Source of the DNA: the human T2T-CHM13v2.0 reference genome, Homo sapiens
Assembly (NCBI RefSeq): GCF_009914755.1
Contig: NC_060931.1
Direction: 5' to 3' (one strand)
Length of the DNA: 64,000 bases
Shown: one piece after another, positions 60,598 to 64,000 of the stretch
Numbering within the stretch: position 1 is the first letter of the stretch
Layout of the letters: every line of letters begins with the position of its first letter
Notes under the pieces: generated by a model
Told to the model about the DNA's origin: nothing
What the model saw: only the letters and a program-made list of their open reading frames with translations
Database searches by the model: none
Program-made: the position numbers and the translations under genes

Positions 60598-60869
60598 GTT
60601 GTTTTGATATGTTTTTCTTTCTGTTTGGTAAGGATGCTTTTTGAACAGGAGAGAATCAAAATGTGCATTTGTTAAGCTGCAGAGTATTAGAATTTTTGGA
60701 GAACAATTTGAATGGAAAATCCATCAATAAGAATTAAAAACCAAACTCTACAGACACTTTATTAACCATTATTTTAATATAAGTAAGAATATATTTTCAA
60801 AACTAAAGAAAGTTCCAAAGAAGTGAGGGAAATATTAAATGTGGAGAAAACTATAAAAATTGAAGTTTC

Positions 60870-61192
60870 ATTGAGAATGCAACTGTGGTTTCAAGGGGCG
60901 GGCTGGTGGGAGAAATGTGAAGGTATTGTTCAAAGTTTATAAACTTTCCGATGTAAGATGAATAAGTTTTGAGGATCTAATGTAGAGCATGATTATCTTA
61001 GCTAATAATACCATATTGTTTACTTGAAATTTGCCAAGAGAGTGAATCTAGTGTCCTTATCTCACACAAAATGGTAACTACGTGTATGATAGATGCACAA
61101 ATTAATTTGTTTGCATACATCAAATGATCACATTGTATACCTTGAATATATACAATTTTTTTCCAGTTATATCTCAATAAACCTAGAAAAAG
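60870..61192 (+). mobile_element. L1MA9/L1MB-like 3' UTR
   Basis: gtaagatgaataagttttgaggatctaatgtagagcatg...acttgaaatttgccaagagagt...atctcaataaa. Confidence 0.8.
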
Positions 61193-62149
61193 TTAAAGCT
61201 TTAATAATGTTATAATACCCAAACTTGTATTAAAATAGTAGAATTTAAAACCCCACAAAGATAAAAACAGGATTTTCCAAAATAATAAGAATAACTTTGA
61301 TTTAAGAAAAAGCAAATTAAAATTTATAAAGCAACAAGATAAAAAGTTTAAAGAATAAAAGTAAGAAGTGTCAAAGATTAACAATAAGGACAAAATGTTA
61401 AAACTTGTGAAAAATCTGTAATTATAAATGCAGTTTAAATTGGAAAATGAGAACTAGAATTAAGGACAAGAAGCTAGAGAACATTGTATTAGAAAAACAA
61501 TAAGAGCAAAGAAATTTTAAAATATTTAAAAGAATGTAAAAAGAAGAAGCTTGCATATTAGAGAGCTACATGGTAAAATAAAACAGCAGTACAGAAAAGA
61601 ACATTTAGATTAACATAAAGCAAGAAAATGAATAAAACAGTGTCAGGATAATCAGCAAAATTATTATTAAGAAAAGTATATATATAATATATTTAACATG
61701 ATATAATAAATACTAAAATAACTGCATAATAATGGAATTGGGAAAGGAAGAACAATAGTATCCATACACTAGACTTGTGGAATAATTTCAACTGTGTTTC
61801 ATACAGGTGATAATGTCAGATCGATTGAAGCTTCTGGAGAAGATTAACTTAATCCAGAAGTATAGTTCCTACTTAATCCAAATTGTGGCTACAAATATGG
61901 AAAATAATCTCTTTGGTACCAAGGCAAAGTTGAATGCTGCAGCTGTTTCTGGATCACTTCCTTCTATCTGCAGGCTGGAGGCACTTTCAAAGGCCAATAA
62001 TGTTGTAATAAAGTCTCTACGCTCCTTATTTACTTTTATGCTTGAAAGAAACATTCAGTAACTCATATACTATCTTAGAATGCTCCTCACTATTCATTTT
62101 ATTAAATATGCCTAATGAACATCAAAAATTTACTCAATAAAAGGAGATT

Positions 62150-63450
62150 AATGTGATGAATAAGAACTTTCCGTTATGAAAGAGTTACTGTAAGGAAGAT
62201 AATACAGCTTTTAAAAACGTCTAAATTTAGTTTTTTACAAGATTTAAAGGAACTCTGTAATTCTAAAATTACAGCCATTCATGAAGAGGAGACGTTCTAA
62301 AATCATTAAAAGCTAAATGGTGGCTAAAATTAGTGTTTGCAAGTTAAAATCCATATGGTCATAATTTGTAAACAGATTGAATATTGTAAAAAAAACTGAG
62401 TCAGTAAAATAGAAATAAAATCAAAGAAATTCTCCCTGAACTATAGAAAAAGACTGAAGACAGAATAAAGTACTGAGATAAATATCAATACCTAAAGGAT
62501 ATATTCAGGAGAGCCAATGATTTTAAAACATAAATTCCAAAGGAAGCAATAATCAGATAAATCAAGGGAAAAAAATGTATCTGAACTGAAGAAAGTTAAA
62601 TTGAAAGTGCCCAAGAATAAAAATTCACCCAAATTAATCAACCTTAACTATGTTCTATTAAAATGTTATACATACATATATGTATATATTAATATACATG
62701 TATATATACTCTTTATGTAACAAATCTAATGAATTATATATATTTATATTTTTACACTTTATAAGAAGGGAAAAGCATACAAGCACACAAGCAGATTCAT
62801 CTCAAAGATAAATAAAGGGAAGCTAATTCAATATGTCTATAATATGATTCATCTAGAGACAATGAAGCAAAGTACATGAAATTTGGTGGACAAAAGGAAT
62901 GTGATGACTCTAGAGTTCGATGCTGATTTGCCAAAGAATGGTAAAAGAAACCAACAAGAATTTGTTAGACAAGGACTCAGAAAGCACTACTCTACATTAG
63001 AACTTGAGCAACATATGGAAGAGATACCAGTTGGCTTAGTATTTTATATTCAAGCAACAAATGACTAGAGGAAAGTAAAATAAAAATCAAAATTAGAAAT
63101 AAGCAAACAAACACATCCAAGTATATGGAACAAGAAAAAGAATGCCAGTTCAAAGCAAACAATAAGAAAAATGATGTGATTTGTATTGTCTTCTTTCCAG
63201 TGAAGCCTTCTTTTATAGTAGAGGGTATATAGATAGACTGTTAAAGGGCATATAATTTTAATCTAAAGAATTTTATCTCTTATATATGTTGATATTTTCA
63301 ATCTTCTGTATGAATTGCTAATGAAGCTCAGTAGAACAAATAACCTTTTGAGACCTTTAAAAGATAAAACATATAATGCAGAAATGGTAGAAAAAATATT
63401 TTGGTGAGTAAGAAGCAGAAGAAAAGATTTCAAAATCATTGAAGGTATTT
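62150..63450 (+). mobile_element. HAL1/L1ME-like ORF1 remnant
   Basis: A-rich ORF1-type motifs (gaaattctccctgaac, ggatatattcaggagagccaat, ctgaactgaagaaag). Confidence 0.5.
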
Positions 63451-64000
63451 AGATAGATTGTACATATGTCTTATTTTATTATGCATTTATTATAATTAGT
63501 CAAATTACTGACAAGTCATAAAGAAAGAACTTACCACTGTGTTTCAAAAGTAAGTGAATATGAGGGAATTTTAAACCCAAGGAGCTAAACATTATAAAAT
63601 GTTAGAAATAGCACATAAAAGCAAATTTAAAAAAATTTTTATATTTTTAAAGTGGCTTTTAATTCTATTTAATTTCTTATTTAATGTGAATGCACTGATT
63701 GGAAAACTATTAGTGAAATCATGTTAAATCTGTATTCCAAAGATTGATAGATTCTATAGGACATATATTGTGATGTAAATGCTTTAGAAGCAGTAGCATA
63801 AGATAATTCACTTGCTATTGCTTTTTGGTAATTGCAAAATACTACATGTAAACAATTCATTTTAGAAATAGCCACTATACAATTTATGCTAAGCTATATA
63901 AGGACAACAAAAGGTTATGTTTTAGAAGATGTAGCTCATAAAATGTAAAATAACTCATCTTAGAAACACTATGAAATGTTCATATGTAGATATGATTCCA

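Overview
AT-rich, CpG-poor primate genomic DNA, most likely human because it carries L1PA2 and an AluYa-lineage element. It holds one real coding exon: a 131-nt internal exon (58024-58154, + strand) encoding [44 protein letters not shown] recognise this as ZNF804B exon 3, so the rest of the window is intron 2 (upstream) and intron 3 (downstream). Much of the sequence is layered transposable-element relics. These include young antisense L1PA copies (one with a twin-priming 5' inversion), eight sense-oriented Alus/FLAM, a near full-length Tigger2, a MER9/HERV-K(HML-3) solo LTR nested in an Alu, MaLR LTRs, L1M/HAL1, L2 and MIR. All long ORFs in the track are decayed L1 ORF2 pieces, antisense shadows or Alu artefacts. 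I found no convincing new biological system. The best leads are shared non-consensus variants between two neighbouring L1s of different age (possible ectopic gene conversion) and a locally templated ~135-bp insertion inside Tigger2. Also notable are an unexplained 120-bp hairpin 2.3 kb downstream of the exon, an expanded L1 G-tract with an adjacent transversion cluster, and a (GAA)10 repeat born from an Alu target-site duplication. Repeat subfamily names come from recalled consensus sequences and need RepeatMasker/Dfam confirmation.
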